A stretch of DNA of 62,997 bases, the filler included. It is 13 parts of 13 records of this genome, joined end to end, with 100 filler letters (N's around TTAATTAATTAA, not from the genome) between each part and the next. Parts side by side here need not be neighbours in the genome. Positions count along the whole stretch, not along the records: positions 42,055 to 49,588 come from SRR20825010_7081; positions 49,689 to 54,023 come from SRR20825010_7087; 11 more parts are not named here. One strand, given 5' to 3'. How positions within the stretch are numbered: position 1 is the first letter of the stretch; every line of letters starts with the position of its first letter. Positions 42,055 to 53,563 of the stretch are shown in pieces. The position numbers and the translations under genes are program-made. Below the pieces are notes generated by a model. The model ran no database searches, was not told where the DNA came from, and saw nothing but the letters and a program-made list of their open reading frames with translations.

Positions 42055-43235
42055 ACCAGCGGGTTTTCCATATTCCATGCATACCCTGCCAGAATGGAAA
42101 CGACCATACGTTTCAGTTGGGAATCATCATTGGGCTGCCCAAAAATGATTGTTTGCAAGCGTCCGGCATACCAAGCATCAACATAGGAGCGAAACGTTTC
42201 GACCCCACAAGATAGGGGTTTGGAAAACCCAGCTTCCCAATCAATATCCGTTTCCCCCCGGTGGCGCGCAATCAGCATATTTGCAGCCAGTTCTGCCGAA
42301 TGCAGCGCAATTGTAACGCCAGATGAGAACACGGGATCCAGAAAACCTGCAGAATTTCCAAGCAAGACATAGCCATCCCCGCAAAGCTTTTCTGACTCTG
42401 CCCCGTATCCGGCAATTGATTGCAGTGGGCGGGTTTGTTCTGCATTGGCAAGTAAATGTCCAAGACGTGTTTCGGAAATCAGCCGATCAAAGACATCCTG
42501 TTCGCTCATACCGGTGAAAGTCGTGTCGCCTTCGGGGTAAATCGCACCAACCGATGCTGTGCCATCCGAAAACGGGATCAACCAATACCAGATGTCATGG
42601 CGATCGGGATGTACCGTGATCAGGATTTTGGTGCGGTCATAGTCCGGATCATCAATGCGATCCTTAACATGGGTAAAGACCGCGCGTCGGGAAATAGTTT
42701 GCGGCGGTCGGGAAAGCCCCAAAAGCCTTGGCAATACCCGGCCATATCCGCTGGCATCAACAATGAAACTGGCACGTAGTGTGGATTCTTCGCCCGCTGC
42801 GTCTTCATATATGATCTGGCAATCATTGTCGGCGGCGTGTACCGCCGTTACCTTGTGTTCAAACCGGATGTCGACACCGGAACGTTCTGCTTCCTTGGCA
42901 AGGATATGATCGAATTCGGCGCGTTTGACCTGATAGGTTGTTCCCCAGCCGATGGTTTCGAAGTTCTGACGAAAGTCGATGGAGCGATACTGTTCACCAC
43001 ATTCAAAGACCGCGCCGTTTTTATGCTGAAAACCTGCTTTTTCCAATGCGGGCAAAAATCCAGCACGTTCAAGTACTTTCATACAGTTCGGAAGCAGGCT
43101 TTCACCAATAACAAATCGCGGGAATTTCTGTGCTTCGAGCAATGTTACACGAAGGCCAGCATCGTTCAGAAGCTTGGCCACGGTACTTCCGGCCGGGCCC
43201 GCACCGATAACGGCGATGTCGCAATCCTGTTTCAA
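42055..43235 (-). CDS. FAD-dependent halogenase-like oxidoreductase, 3' end truncated
   Basis: GAGPAG, FPRFVIGESLLP, FQHKNGA, WYWLIP and FLDPVFSSGV motifs. Confidence 0.88.
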
Positions 43236-45541
43236 TTCGTGTTTCCCGTATCCGTCGTATTAGTGACTGTTTCTGTCATCCAAAAAGCAAGGAACCATGC
43301 GCCAACCAAGCCTATCGCAATGATCGTGCCGATATCGCTTACCAGTGGGACGGAACTGGTGGCGAGTAACCCAAATGCCAGAACGCTGCTGATCAACGAC
43401 AAAAACACCGCCAGACGCGTATGTTCGCGATGTTCGGTGTCGTCGCCTTCGCTCAAAAACAGGACATAGTCAGCGCCAATTGCAAAGACCAAAAACATTG
43501 CCATCGTTGTGAAGAAGCTGATTGGTACACCAAGAATGTAGCCACCATTCAGTGCGAACAAGATCGCGCCTGCGGGGGCTGAAAACACCCGAACACCCCG
43601 ATCCGGACCATAGCGTAGGATTGCCAGGATCAGCGCAATCGCAAGTACGACGCCAAGTGCTATATACGTCCAATAACGGTACTCGGCGAACTGGGTGCTG
43701 ATGATGGCCGTCGGAGAAATTAGTCTGGCACTCTTAAAAGCAGCAAGGCTGGCGTTAAGGGCTGAAACATCTGAGACATCATGCAACCGCATGATATCGG
43801 ATGTGTTTGTCTGAAAACGCGCGATCTCTGGGAGACTGCTTTTTGCCTGATCTGGAAGGAGGTAAGAGGCGTCCAAGTCCGGAAGCTGTAGTTGCGTTTG
43901 CAATATCTCAGAAAGGGACGCTGAAAAGGGTTTGTAAAGTTCATCGCGGACAAGGCGTCGGTTGTCTTTTTGAACGGCAATCGACGGTACAAAATCAGAT
44001 AGCGCAACCACACCGCCAATTTTCCCAGCCGATATCAAAGGCATCATCGCATTTCGAACATCTTCAGACGCCTCAAGGCGATTTTGTGCCGTTGTACCAT
44101 CAATTCGAATGAAGACAGGGCTTCCGCCAAGGCCAAGTGTATCCGAAATCATACCAGCATCGGATAGAAGTTCCGCATCACTTTGACCCAAGGCACGCAC
44201 GTCATCATGACCGGGAATAAGAAAGGCCGAAATTGGCAAAGCGACAATCAAAAGGATGGCAACAAACAGTTGTATCTTGCGAGGCAGCACAAGAACCATC
44301 ATCAGGCGCATAAGCCAATCATGCACAATTCGGATGGTTGAGTTTTCGCGAACTGGTGTGGGCGGGATAAGAGGTAGTAGAAATTTGACCGAACAATAGG
44401 CTGCAATCAGGCCTGCTATTGAATACACGGCAATTTGCACAAGCAAGTTTGTCGGACTGAGCGCAAGGGCGGAAAAGCCAATGATAGATGTCAAAAGCCC
44501 AAGACCGAGGCCTTTGCGTATTTTTCCAAAGCGTGTGGACGTCAGGGTGCCATTGGCTGGTATCACCAGATAGTGCAGGGCGTAATCGATTGAAATACCG
44601 ATCATTGTTGCACCAAACACCAGTGCAATCGCATGGATTGTGTCGAAAAATATGGTCAGGGCCGCAGCACCGGCAATCAGGCCACTTCCGACAACGATAA
44701 CGGCGCCAATCAGCGGAAAAGGCGAAAAGAACGTCAAACCGATCATGATGGCGATGCCTAGTGTGGCAATCACGGCGATGGTTTGGACATCTTTTTTGGC
44801 ATTCGCGGCCTCGTTAACCGCAAAGAATATCTGGCCTGTTTTGGCGGTCTGGAGGGTTGGATCGCTCTTTAGCGCTTCTGCAAGTGCGTTATTTACGCCA
44901 TCTACCCAGCTTTTGGCAGCCGTGTCAGAGTGTTTGTTGGCGTCCAGCGACACAATAATGGGCAGATAGCTTCGGTCATTGATTGTGACTATGTCATTCC
45001 CTGCGCCCAACTTCGCGGCCAGACCCGAAAGAAATTCTGGCATTAACAGGAAAGGATCCTGTTTCAGCGTTGCGTTGGTAAAGGGAGAAGCTGGCGAATA
45101 CAGGGTTTGCAGGGTGCGCTGATAAAGTGCTTCTCCGCGACCGCTTTTAAGAGCAACACGGTCACCATCAGACAAAAGTCCGTTCGCATATGGACCATAG
45201 AGCGCACGTAAGTCATCAAGACGGTCTGCATTATCACCGGGAAGCATCACATTTGCGGTACCATCAATCGTACTGATTGTGTCCGCAAGTTGCCTTGCGA
45301 TATCGCTGAGCCGGTCATAATCAGGGTGGGAAAGCATAATGATCGCTTGTTTGCCACTATCAGCCAATAGCGTGCGCACAGCGTCAATATCGCTCATTTC
45401 GTCTTGTTGGCGATCTTGTTCCTGACCAATCAATGACAGGAAATCGGCATCCAGTTCGGTGCGTTCGGTCGTGAATTGCCAGACAGCAAAGCCTGCCATC
45501 ATGAGAATGCATGTTGTCCAAATGAACGCCGATCGGATCAT
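43232..45541 (-). CDS. MMPL/RND-like exporter
   Basis: Two TM bundles with GISIDYALH and AIGADY; DPF motif. Confidence 0.88.
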   Translation of the reverse strand: MIRSAFIWTTCILMMAGFAVWQFTTERTELDADFLSLIGQEQDRQQDEMSDIDAVRTLLADSGKQAIIMLSHPDYDRLSDIARQLADTISTIDGTANVMLPGDNADRLDDLRALYGPYANGLLSDGDRVALKSGRGEALYQRTLQTLYSPASPFTNATLKQDPFLLMPEFLSGLAAKLGAGNDIVTINDRSYLPIIVSLDANKHSDTAAKSWVDGVNNALAEALKSDPTLQTAKTGQIFFAVNEAANAKKDVQTIAVIATLGIAIMIGLTFFSPFPLIGAVIVVGSGLIAGAAALTIFFDTIHAIALVFGATMIGISIDYALHYLVIPANGTLTSTRFGKIRKGLGLGLLTSIIGFSALALSPTNLLVQIAVYSIAGLIAAYCSVKFLLPLIPPTPVRENSTIRIVHDWLMRLMMVLVLPRKIQLFVAILLIVALPISAFLIPGHDDVRALGQSDAELLSDAGMISDTLGLGGSPVFIRIDGTTAQNRLEASEDVRNAMMPLISAGKIGGVVALSDFVPSIAVQKDNRRLVRDELYKPFSASLSEILQTQLQLPDLDASYLLPDQAKSSLPEIARFQTNTSDIMRLHDVSDVSALNASLAAFKSARLISPTAIISTQFAEYRYWTYIALGVVLAIALILAILRYGPDRGVRVFSAPAGAILFALNGGYILGVPISFFTTMAMFLVFAIGADYVLFLSEGDDTEHREHTRLAVFLSLISSVLAFGLLATSSVPLVSDIGTIIAIGLVGAWFLAFWMTETVTNTTDTGNTN

Positions 45542-46173
45542 TTTGCGATCCCGTTTGTGAAGAGATCATTGAAATCAGAGGGCAATGGAACAGGTTCAAT
45601 AGTTTGCCCATCGAACGTAATGACATCGTGATCAGAAGATGGTTTTGTGATCACCACTTCTTGCACAAACGCGTTGCCCTGTGCCGTGATCAAGTCGATC
45701 TGATTACCAACATCACTGTTCGCGTTGGGGGTTAGGGTTATGCGCCATCCTGTTGTTTCTACGTCATTTTTAGTGATACTAAACTGGCTTTCTAACGGGT
45801 CCCAGTTCCCGGATAATACGGACGAAATCATCGTGACGAACTGTCGTGTTTCCGTACCTTTTGCCATTGCAGTGCGGTTGCCATTTTGATCGATGGTGAA
45901 AATCCCGCCTTCTTCGAACACAGTTACACCCGGAAACGGGAAGGTCGTTTTCCAGATTAGACCATGCTGCGGCGATAAGACGAACTCACCAAGAGAGAGC
46001 AATGGCTTTTCAAATCCGTCCAGATGACGATTGAGTTCAAATGTACCTCGCAGATACTCGTTCTTGGCAATCGGTGTGGGGCTGGCAGTCTCTGCCTGCA
46101 GCGCTTTTGGCGTAGCAAGTTGGGACGCAAAGGCAACACACACCGTGATCAGAACAAGTAACCTGCGGATCAT
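45538..46173 (-). CDS. LolA-like outer-membrane lipoprotein carrier protein
   Basis: Signal peptide; LRGTF...PLLSLGEF...GLIWKT.FPF and W.ITLTP motifs. Confidence 0.82.
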   Translation of the reverse strand: MIRRLLVLITVCVAFASQLATPKALQAETASPTPIAKNEYLRGTFELNRHLDGFEKPLLSLGEFVLSPQHGLIWKTTFPFPGVTVFEEGGIFTIDQNGNRTAMAKGTETRQFVTMISSVLSGNWDPLESQFSITKNDVETTGWRITLTPNANSDVGNQIDLITAQGNAFVQEVVITKPSSDHDVITFDGQTIEPVPLPSDFNDLFTNGIAK

Positions 46174-46577
46174 ATGAGCGCTTTCATCTTCTCGATGAAA
46201 AAGTCGGGGCTGCGATAAAGCATTTCGCCCGTACTTTTGTCGACGGCGACCTGAATGGTGAAACCTTTGGTTAGCTTCTGCCCCGTTTGCGCATCCGTGA
46301 CGAGATAGTCAATTTTCAGTCGGTTTTCAAACTCGCGCAGCGTCGCTGCGATGTTGATTTTCTGACCAAAGCGGCAAGGTGCAACATATTTCACACGCAT
46401 ATCGACAATCGGCCATACAAAGCCGGACTCATCCATTTGCGGGTAATTGTAGCCAATCTCATCCAGCAGGGCACAGCGGGCATTCTCAAAGAACTGAACA
46501 TAATTGCCATGCCAGACCACATTCATCGGGTCGAGATGATAAAACTGTACAGTTTCGTTTACAGACGCACTGATCAT
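46170..46577 (-). CDS. Hotdog-fold acyl-CoA thioesterase (4HBT/YbgC type)
   Basis: DPMNVVWHGNYVQFFENAR motif. Confidence 0.9.
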   Translation of the reverse strand: MISASVNETVQFYHLDPMNVVWHGNYVQFFENARCALLDEIGYNYPQMDESGFVWPIVDMRVKYVAPCRFGQKINIAATLREFENRLKIDYLVTDAQTGQKLTKGFTIQVAVDKSTGEMLYRSPDFFIEKMKALI

Positions 46578-48136
46578 GAGGCCTCCTCATCGCCGTAAAG
46601 CGCCCAGTGTCGGTCCTGAATGCGTGCGACGAGTTTGCGCAAGGTGGTATCAAGTGGTTGGTCTTCGTCAATGAACGGAATGTCAGCTTCCAGCGCCGTG
46701 AGAAATGCCGAAACGTCATGGCCAAGCTGATCGGCCTCAAGCTCCCCAGATTTCAGGCGCAGCGAAATCGCCTGTCGTACAGTGATGAGCAACGCAGCAG
46801 TAACTTGTTCGGTAAGGTCCAATATCCGCAAACAATCGCGTGCCGCAATGGTGCCCATGCTGACCTTGTCCTGATTATGACATTCGGTGGAGCGTGAGAA
46901 TACGCTTGCTGGCATGGTGTTTTTAAGCGCCTCGGCCGTCCAGGCCGATACGCCGATTTGCACAGCTTTCAAGCCATGGTTGATTGATGCGCGATCTTGT
47001 GACGAGCCCGACAGGTTTGACGGCAAACCGTGATTGAATTTGGTGTCGACCAGAAGTGCCATTTGACGGTCCATCAAATCAGCAATATTGGCGATCAGCG
47101 TTTTCATACCATCCGCAACGAATGCGACATGTCCGCCATAGAAGTGCCCGCCATGCAGAATTTCTTCGGCATCGACATCAATCAGCGGATTGTCATTGGC
47201 ACTGTTGAGTTCAATCTCAAGCATGGTGCGGAAGGTAGGCATCATATCAGCCAACACTCCGATAACGTGCGGGGCGCAACGAAGCGAATAGCGATCTTGC
47301 AATCGGGCAGGTTGGTAATGCGGACCATGAGCTGCCAGATCATGTGAAATGCGTTTGGCTATGACCGCTTGCTTGGGATGCGGTTTGGCCGCGAAAAGTC
47401 TTGTATCAAAATGGGCCGGATTGCCACGCAAACCAATAGTTGCCAGTGATGTGATACGTGTGCTGAGCTGGCACAGATATTGGGCGCGCACAAAAGCCTG
47501 ACACATCAGGGCGGTCATGACGGATGTACCATTCATGATCGCCAAAGCTTCCTTGGGGCGGAGCTGTAAGGGGCGCAGACCGACTTCTGACAAGGCATCT
47601 ATTGCGGGCATTTCCGTGTTGTTAAACACGACATTGCGTTCCCCGATAAGTACGGCTGCGACGTAAGAAAGCGGGGTCAGGTCGCCACTGGCACCAACAG
47701 AACCTTCTTCTGGGATCCGTGGTGTGATGTCAAATTCAAGAAGGGCAGATAGCTGCTTAAGAAGGCCTGTGCTAACGCCGGAATAACCGGTGCACAGCGA
47801 CGCCAGACGTACGGCCAGAACCGCGCGCGCCTGATCGGGTTTAAGGATATTGCCAAGTCCGCAGCCGTGAAACCGGCTGAGATGTAATGGGAGTTCGTCA
47901 ACCAGCTCAGGCGGAACACGACGCGATACTGAATCACCATAGCCTGTGGTGACGCCATAGATATGGCCATGCTCGCGAAGCTCCCGATCCAGGAAATCGG
48001 CACCGGCCTGTATCCGGTCATTAAAGACATCGGATGTGCTCAGCAGGGGAAGGGCACGCCGTTCGGCAAGTGCCACGATGTCCTCGATCGACAGGTGCGC
48101 CTCGCCAAAGACGATATGTTTCTGGTTGTTATTCAT
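46574..48136 (-). CDS. MIO-dependent aromatic amino acid ammonia-lyase (HAL/PAL family)
   Basis: YGVTTGYG, GSVGASGDL (ASG = MIO), QDRYSLRC, NDNP and HNQDKVSMG motifs. Confidence 0.93.
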   Translation of the reverse strand: MNNNQKHIVFGEAHLSIEDIVALAERRALPLLSTSDVFNDRIQAGADFLDRELREHGHIYGVTTGYGDSVSRRVPPELVDELPLHLSRFHGCGLGNILKPDQARAVLAVRLASLCTGYSGVSTGLLKQLSALLEFDITPRIPEEGSVGASGDLTPLSYVAAVLIGERNVVFNNTEMPAIDALSEVGLRPLQLRPKEALAIMNGTSVMTALMCQAFVRAQYLCQLSTRITSLATIGLRGNPAHFDTRLFAAKPHPKQAVIAKRISHDLAAHGPHYQPARLQDRYSLRCAPHVIGVLADMMPTFRTMLEIELNSANDNPLIDVDAEEILHGGHFYGGHVAFVADGMKTLIANIADLMDRQMALLVDTKFNHGLPSNLSGSSQDRASINHGLKAVQIGVSAWTAEALKNTMPASVFSRSTECHNQDKVSMGTIAARDCLRILDLTEQVTAALLITVRQAISLRLKSGELEADQLGHDVSAFLTALEADIPFIDEDQPLDTTLRKLVARIQDRHWALYGDEEAS

Positions 48137-49588
48137 TGTTATCCTTCTTATCCACCCAGAAATCGTAGAAATTGAACCACTGCAATGGTTGTTGAACAAC
48201 AAGCTTTTCCAGCCAGCTCGCATATGTTCTTGCATGTTCCGTGATCTTGGCAGTGCGATCATTGCGCGGCAAGTCTATGCGTTCCGACAGCTTTTCCCAC
48301 GAAATATTAAAACGCCGGCCTTCACGCCATGCCGCAACCATGTAAACCGGACACTGAAGAAGATGTGCCAGAATGAATGGTCCCTGCGGAAATGGCGCGT
48401 TTTGGCCAATGAACGGGACTGAAACCGACTTATCCCGGGCACCGATGGCCACCCGATCTGCGGCAATCACAATCCATTCGCCGCGTTCGGCCTTTTCACG
48501 CAGCAAAATCGCCGTATCCGGGCCGATTTCGCTAACCTCAATCAAATCAACTTGGCTTTCAGGGGCAAGTTGTTGCAGAACGCGGCCAAACCGGGCGGCA
48601 TTTTTTTGATGCAACAGGACATTCACCCGAAAATTACGGTCACGACTGGCAATGGCGCGGACCAACTCAATATTGCCAAAGTGCGATACATATAGGATTA
48701 CTGCCTGATCCCGTGGAATGTAGGAAAACAGGCTATCGGCATCATCCGGCAGATCAAGGTCATCGAGTTTCATCTCGCCACACCAGGCGGCTATTTTATC
48801 AAGTGCTGACTCCCCAAATCGCATGAAGTGGGCAAAGCTATCGCGCCAAGTAGGTCTGGGTTTGTCATTATACTTTGCCACACGTTCAAGGAAATCTTTG
48901 GACGCAGCGCGTGCCGTGCGTCCGGTCACGAAAAAATAGGCGATGATGGGGGACATCGCGGCAAGGCACAGCTTGCGTCCGCCAAAGCGATAGACCTGCC
49001 CAAGAAAACGCATCCCCCAATAGATGCCGCGCTCGTCAATTTCCGACCAGTGATGGTTGCTGTTTCGGTCCGTCGGCGGCCCAAAGCGCCCGCCTTGGGC
49101 AAGGTATCGTGGAAGTCGCGCCAGCATCCCACCGACCAGTCTTGTATGCATCCAACTGATCCGGACGTTATCGCGCCACATCCGGAAGTTTGATGTGTTG
49201 CCCAGCGGATAGGTGACATTGGTGGGAACATGAATGACCGGCACCCCTTGCCAGAAAAGGCGGACCATGATTTCGGTATCGAAATCCATCCGATGACCGA
49301 TACCGTGGCTTCGCCAGACATCCAGACTGGGATAAATTGGATAGACACGAAATCCGCACATGCTGTCGCGGATCTGAAGGGATAGTGTTTCAATCCATAC
49401 CCACACATGGGTAATCCATCGACCGATTTTGCGGCCAGTGGGAATGCTGCCATCATAAACAGGCAGTCCAGTGACTAATGCCGAGGGTGATTTTGTCGCA
49501 ATTTCAATCATGTCATTGATGCGATCAAGGTCATGCTGACCATCTGCATCAATCTGAAATGCGTGGGTGAAACCATGCCGTGCAGCAC
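48129..49588 (-). CDS. Fused GT2 glycosyltransferase and LpxL-like acyltransferase, 5' end truncated
   Basis: QIDADGQHD, DSMCGFRVYP and MDFDTE, followed by SHFGNIE, ADR and QWFNFYDFW. Confidence 0.88.
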
Positions 49589-49688
49589 NNNNNNNNNNNN
49601 NNNNNNNNNNNNNNNNNNNNNNNNNNNNNNNNTTAATTAATTAANNNNNNNNNNNNNNNNNNNNNNNNNNNNNNNNNNNNNNNNNNNN

Positions 49689-51031
49689 ATCAGCTTGATG
49701 CCATGCGGTTTTCCGGCCTGGCCCATCTGTTGGCGATTTCGGGCATGCATATGGGGATGATCGGCGGGCTGATCTTTTTTGCCGTGCGCCTTCTGCTGGT
49801 GCTGTCGTCCTATATTGCGCTTTACTATCCGGTGAAGAAAATCGCAGCCATTGTCGCGTTGATCGGCCTCGCGGGATATCTTTTTGTGAGCGGGATGAGT
49901 GTGTCGGCCATTCGGGCCTTTATCATGATTGCAGCCCTTTTCCTCGCCATCTGTTTCGACCGGACGGCGCTGTCGCTCCGGATGGTGGCGATCGCCGCCG
50001 TGATCATATTGATCTTGTTTCCGGAAAGCCTGGTGAGCGCCAGCTTCCAGATGTCTTTTGCCGCCGTCTTTGCACTTATTTCCCTTTATGAGCAGGCCGG
50101 ACCGGCGCTCTCCCGCTTCGCACGAAGTGGCGGCGTAATCAGGCGGGGGCTGGCTTATCTCATTGGTGTTGCCCTGACGTCCCTTGTTGCGGGACTGGCT
50201 ACGGCCCCTTTTGCGCTTTATCATTTCGGGCAAGTGGCAACCTACAGCCTGATTGCCAATCTGCTTGCCGTGCCGATTATGGGCCTCTGGGTCATGCCGG
50301 GAGTTATTCTGTCCTTTATCGGCTACCCGCTTGACCTGACGTTTTCGCTCGCCATTGTTGGCAGCGGGATCGACCTTATCCTGTGGGTCGCGCGGGAGAC
50401 GGCTTCGTTCCCCGATGCGGTGCTCTATCTCGGCACTTTCCCCGTGCTTCAGCTGATCGCGATCACGTTCATCGGGCTCTGGTTCATTATCTGGCGACAG
50501 CCGGTCCGTTGGCTTGCCCTGCCGACGCTGGCGGTGGTTATACTGACATTTATCTTCAATCGGGCGCCGGATATATTGATCTCGGACAGCGGAAACCTCT
50601 ATGCGCTGAAAGCTGAGGCGGGAGAGATCTACTATTCCTCCCGCCGCGCCGACCGGTTTGAGGCAGAACGCTGGCGGCTTGTGATGGGCCAAAAAATCAC
50701 GGAGGAACCGCCGTCTCGTATGACCTGTGATCCGGCCGGCTGTGTCCTAAGGCGGGAAAGAGAGCTTATCGCCTTTCCGGTGACCATGAGCGGGGTGGAG
50801 ATGGATTGCCGTCGCGCCGATATCATCGCGAGCCGCATTCCTGCGCCGGATGATTGTGTCAACCCTCGCTTGGTAATCGACAAATTTGACCTATGGCGTC
50901 GCGGAGCCCATAGCCTTTACATTGAGGCGGATGGGAAGATACGGGTGGAGACAGCCAATGGCTTGCGCGGAAACCGACCATGGGTACCGGAGCGATACCG
51001 AAACCAATCGGGAAAAAACCGAAAAAATTGA
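49689..51031 (+). CDS. comEC: Competence protein ComEC, 5' end truncated
   Basis: SGLAHLLAISGMHM, IRAFIM, SFQMSFAAV and ANLLAVP motifs; convergent with lexA. Confidence 0.92.
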
Positions 51032-51039
51032 TCTCAATC

Positions 51040-51762
51040 CTAATACTGGCGGAAAAGACCTACCAGATGTCCTTGCACCTTGACTCTGTCCGGGCCGAAG
51101 ATACGGGTTTCATAGTCGGGGTTGGCTGCTTCAAGCGCGACGGAGCCGCCTTTGCGACGGAGCCTTTTGAGCGTCACTTCATAATCATCGATGAGGGCGA
51201 CAACAATCCTGCCATTTTCTGCCGTTTCACTTTCACGAATGATCACCGTATCGCCGTCATGAATACCGGCATCGATCATCGAATCACCGGCGACTTCCAG
51301 GCAATAATGACGCCCCATCCCGACCATTCCCGCAGGCACACTCACGAAATTGCTGGGATCACTCAAAGCCTCAATCGCCATACCGGCGGCAATCCGTCCA
51401 TATAGCGGGAGGGAAAGTGATCCATCTTCGTCCAATTTAACGGACTCATCTGGAGCCTCTTTCTCTCGTCCGAAATTGACCTTGACCAGATTGAGCGGGC
51501 TTGCGGCATCAGACCCTTTTGTTTCCGCCTTGATCCTGTTTCTAAGATCATCGGGCAATTTCAAAACCTCAAGCGCCCGCGCGCGATGAGGTAAACGGCG
51601 GATAAAGCCTCGTTCTGTCAGTCCCGTGATTAATCGGTGAATACCGGATTTCGATTTTAAATCAAGAGCTTCCTTCATTTCATCGAAGGAAGGGGAAACC
51701 CCCCGGCTTTCCAGACATTCATGAATATAAAGAAGAAGCTGGTGCTGCTTTTTAGTCAGCAT
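51040..51762 (-). CDS. lexA: SOS repressor LexA
   Basis: [31 protein letters not shown] cleavage site, GDSM and TLK motifs. Confidence 0.97.
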   Translation of the reverse strand: MLTKKQHQLLLYIHECLESRGVSPSFDEMKEALDLKSKSGIHRLITGLTERGFIRRLPHRARALEVLKLPDDLRNRIKAETKGSDAASPLNLVKVNFGREKEAPDESVKLDEDGSLSLPLYGRIAAGMAIEALSDPSNFVSVPAGMVGMGRHYCLEVAGDSMIDAGIHDGDTVIIRESETAENGRIVVALIDDYEVTLKRLRRKGGSVALEAANPDYETRIFGPDRVKVQGHLVGLFRQY

Positions 51763-51806
51763 ATGATAATCCACCGTATAGAACAAATCAAAAACATTTC
51801 ATAAAT

Positions 51807-51821
51807 GTTCTATAAAAGTTC
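51807..51821. promoter_or_regulatory. Alphaproteobacterial SOS box GTTC-N7-GTTC
   Basis: GTTC TATAAAA GTTC directly upstream of lexA; a second degenerate box GAAC-N7-AAAC lies at 51781-51795. Confidence 0.88.
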
Positions 51822-51865
51822 TTTTCCATCGTCAAGGAAAAAGAGCAATGATCATGGCGGTAAGC

Positions 51866-53080
51866 TTAGACAGCGGGATATGGTTGGATAAGGGGGATCA
51901 TGTCAACTTCGGCCCCTTCTTGTAGGGCCTTCGCGAAGGGCGCACGGACAACCAGGCAATCAGCAGCGGAAAGCGGGGAGAGCATGGAACTGTCTTGCTT
52001 TGCGAACAACTCGACAACCGGCAAGCCGTCTTTCTCACCGGTGATAGTCGCGCGCATATAATCTTCACGCTGGTCGTTTGCCTTTATTGCATGGCCGAGA
52101 AGCGCCTTCTGCCGCGGTGGATGCCGGGGTTCAAGGCCGCAAAGCGCATCAAGGGCGGGGATCAGAAAGAGAAAGCTGCAAATCATGCTGGAGACCGGGT
52201 TGCCGGGCATGCCGAGCATCGGGATACCGCCGAAGCGACCAAACATAAGAGGTTTACCGGGGCGCATGGCAATCCGCCAGAAATCGACGGAAAGTCCTTC
52301 CTTGCCGAGAACTGGCTGGATCAGGTCATGATCGCCAACCGACGCGCCGCCCAGGGTAATCAACATATCTGCCGATTTGGCATCCTGGACCTTTTCACGT
52401 AAAGAGCTGGCGTTATCCATCGCGATGCCAAGATCAATGGCCTCTCCGCCTGCGGCCTCGATAAGCGCCGCAACAAGCAGGCTGTTTGAGGAAATAATCT
52501 GGTTTGGGCCGAGCGGTTCGCCCGGGCGGACAAGCTCATCCCCGGTCGAGAGCAAGGCAATTTTCGGTTTACGCCGAACCGTTATCCAGGGAATGTTCAT
52601 TGCAGCCAACAGGCCGATATCCCTCGGGCTTAAAATGCGCGGTGAGGTGAGACCGACATCGCCTTCGCGAAAATCAAGCCCGGCCGGGCGGACATAGGTG
52701 CCTTTCGTCGCAGCTTCCTTGATGGTGACGGTATGGTCGTTAAACTCGGTATCTTCCTGAATGACGATGGTATCTGTGCCGAGGGGGAGCGAGGCGCCGG
52801 TGAAAATGCGGACAACTTCGCCCGCGTTTACCTCTTTGTCATAGGCGCCACCAGCGGGCACTTCCCCGATGATCCTGAGATCCACCGGGATCGTCTCTAT
52901 ATCGGCAGCTCTGACCGCGAAGCCATCCATCGCGGACATATCGGCGGGCGGCTGGGTCCGGCGGGAGAGGGCATCTTCCACCATGACGCGGCCCGCCGCC
53001 GCGCTGAGTGCAACGACTTCCGTGCCGACGGGATGAATATCTTTCAGGATTTTTGCGCGGGCTTCACTTACGGAAATCAT
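51866..53080 (-). CDS. moeA: Molybdopterin molybdotransferase
   Basis: [31 protein letters not shown] and PGNPVS motifs. Confidence 0.95.
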   Translation of the reverse strand: MISVSEARAKILKDIHPVGTEVVALSAAAGRVMVEDALSRRTQPPADMSAMDGFAVRAADIETIPVDLRIIGEVPAGGAYDKEVNAGEVVRIFTGASLPLGTDTIVIQEDTEFNDHTVTIKEAATKGTYVRPAGLDFREGDVGLTSPRILSPRDIGLLAAMNIPWITVRRKPKIALLSTGDELVRPGEPLGPNQIISSNSLLVAALIEAAGGEAIDLGIAMDNASSLREKVQDAKSADMLITLGGASVGDHDLIQPVLGKEGLSVDFWRIAMRPGKPLMFGRFGGIPMLGMPGNPVSSMICSFLFLIPALDALCGLEPRHPPRQKALLGHAIKANDQREDYMRATITGEKDGLPVVELFAKQDSSMLSPLSAADCLVVRAPFAKALQEGAEVDMIPLIQPYPAV

Positions 53081-53553
53081 GATGCTTCATAACTTCCTGA
53101 TTTGCCGCCACTTTTCGTTAATAGCCGTGTGTTGAGGATGGTCATGCCGCGATCGACGGCTTTGCACATATCATAGATAGTGAGCGCGGCGATTGATGCC
53201 GCGGTGAGCGCCTCCATCTCGACGCCGGTACGGCCCTTGAGCTTGCAGGTGGCGCGCACCTCGATCATATTTTCTTCTTCCTGAATGGTGAAATCAACGG
53301 TGACGTTGCTGAGCGCGAGCGGATGGCAAAGCGGGATCAGGTCGGCGGTTTTCTTGGCGGCCATAATCCCGGCAAGGCGGGCAACCCCCAAGACATCGCC
53401 TTTCTTGGCATCACCGTCCTGAATGAGTTTGAGTGTTTCGGGCGCCATCTTGATACTGGCGGCGGCGGTGGCCTCTCGCTCGGTTACCTCCTTATCGCCC
53501 ACATCGACCATATGGGCCGCACCCTTTTTATCGAAATGGGTCAGCTTGCTCAA
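53077..53553 (-). CDS. moaC: Cyclic pyranopterin monophosphate synthase
   Basis: MVDV, LIPLCH, GVEMEAL, YDMCKA and KSGGKSG motifs; TTG start. Confidence 0.96.
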   Translation of the reverse strand: MSKLTHFDKKGAAHMVDVGDKEVTEREATAAASIKMAPETLKLIQDGDAKKGDVLGVARLAGIMAAKKTADLIPLCHPLALSNVTVDFTIQEEENMIEVRATCKLKGRTGVEMEALTAASIAALTIYDMCKAVDRGMTILNTRLLTKSGGKSGSYEAS

Positions 53554-53563
53554 AATGCTCTCC

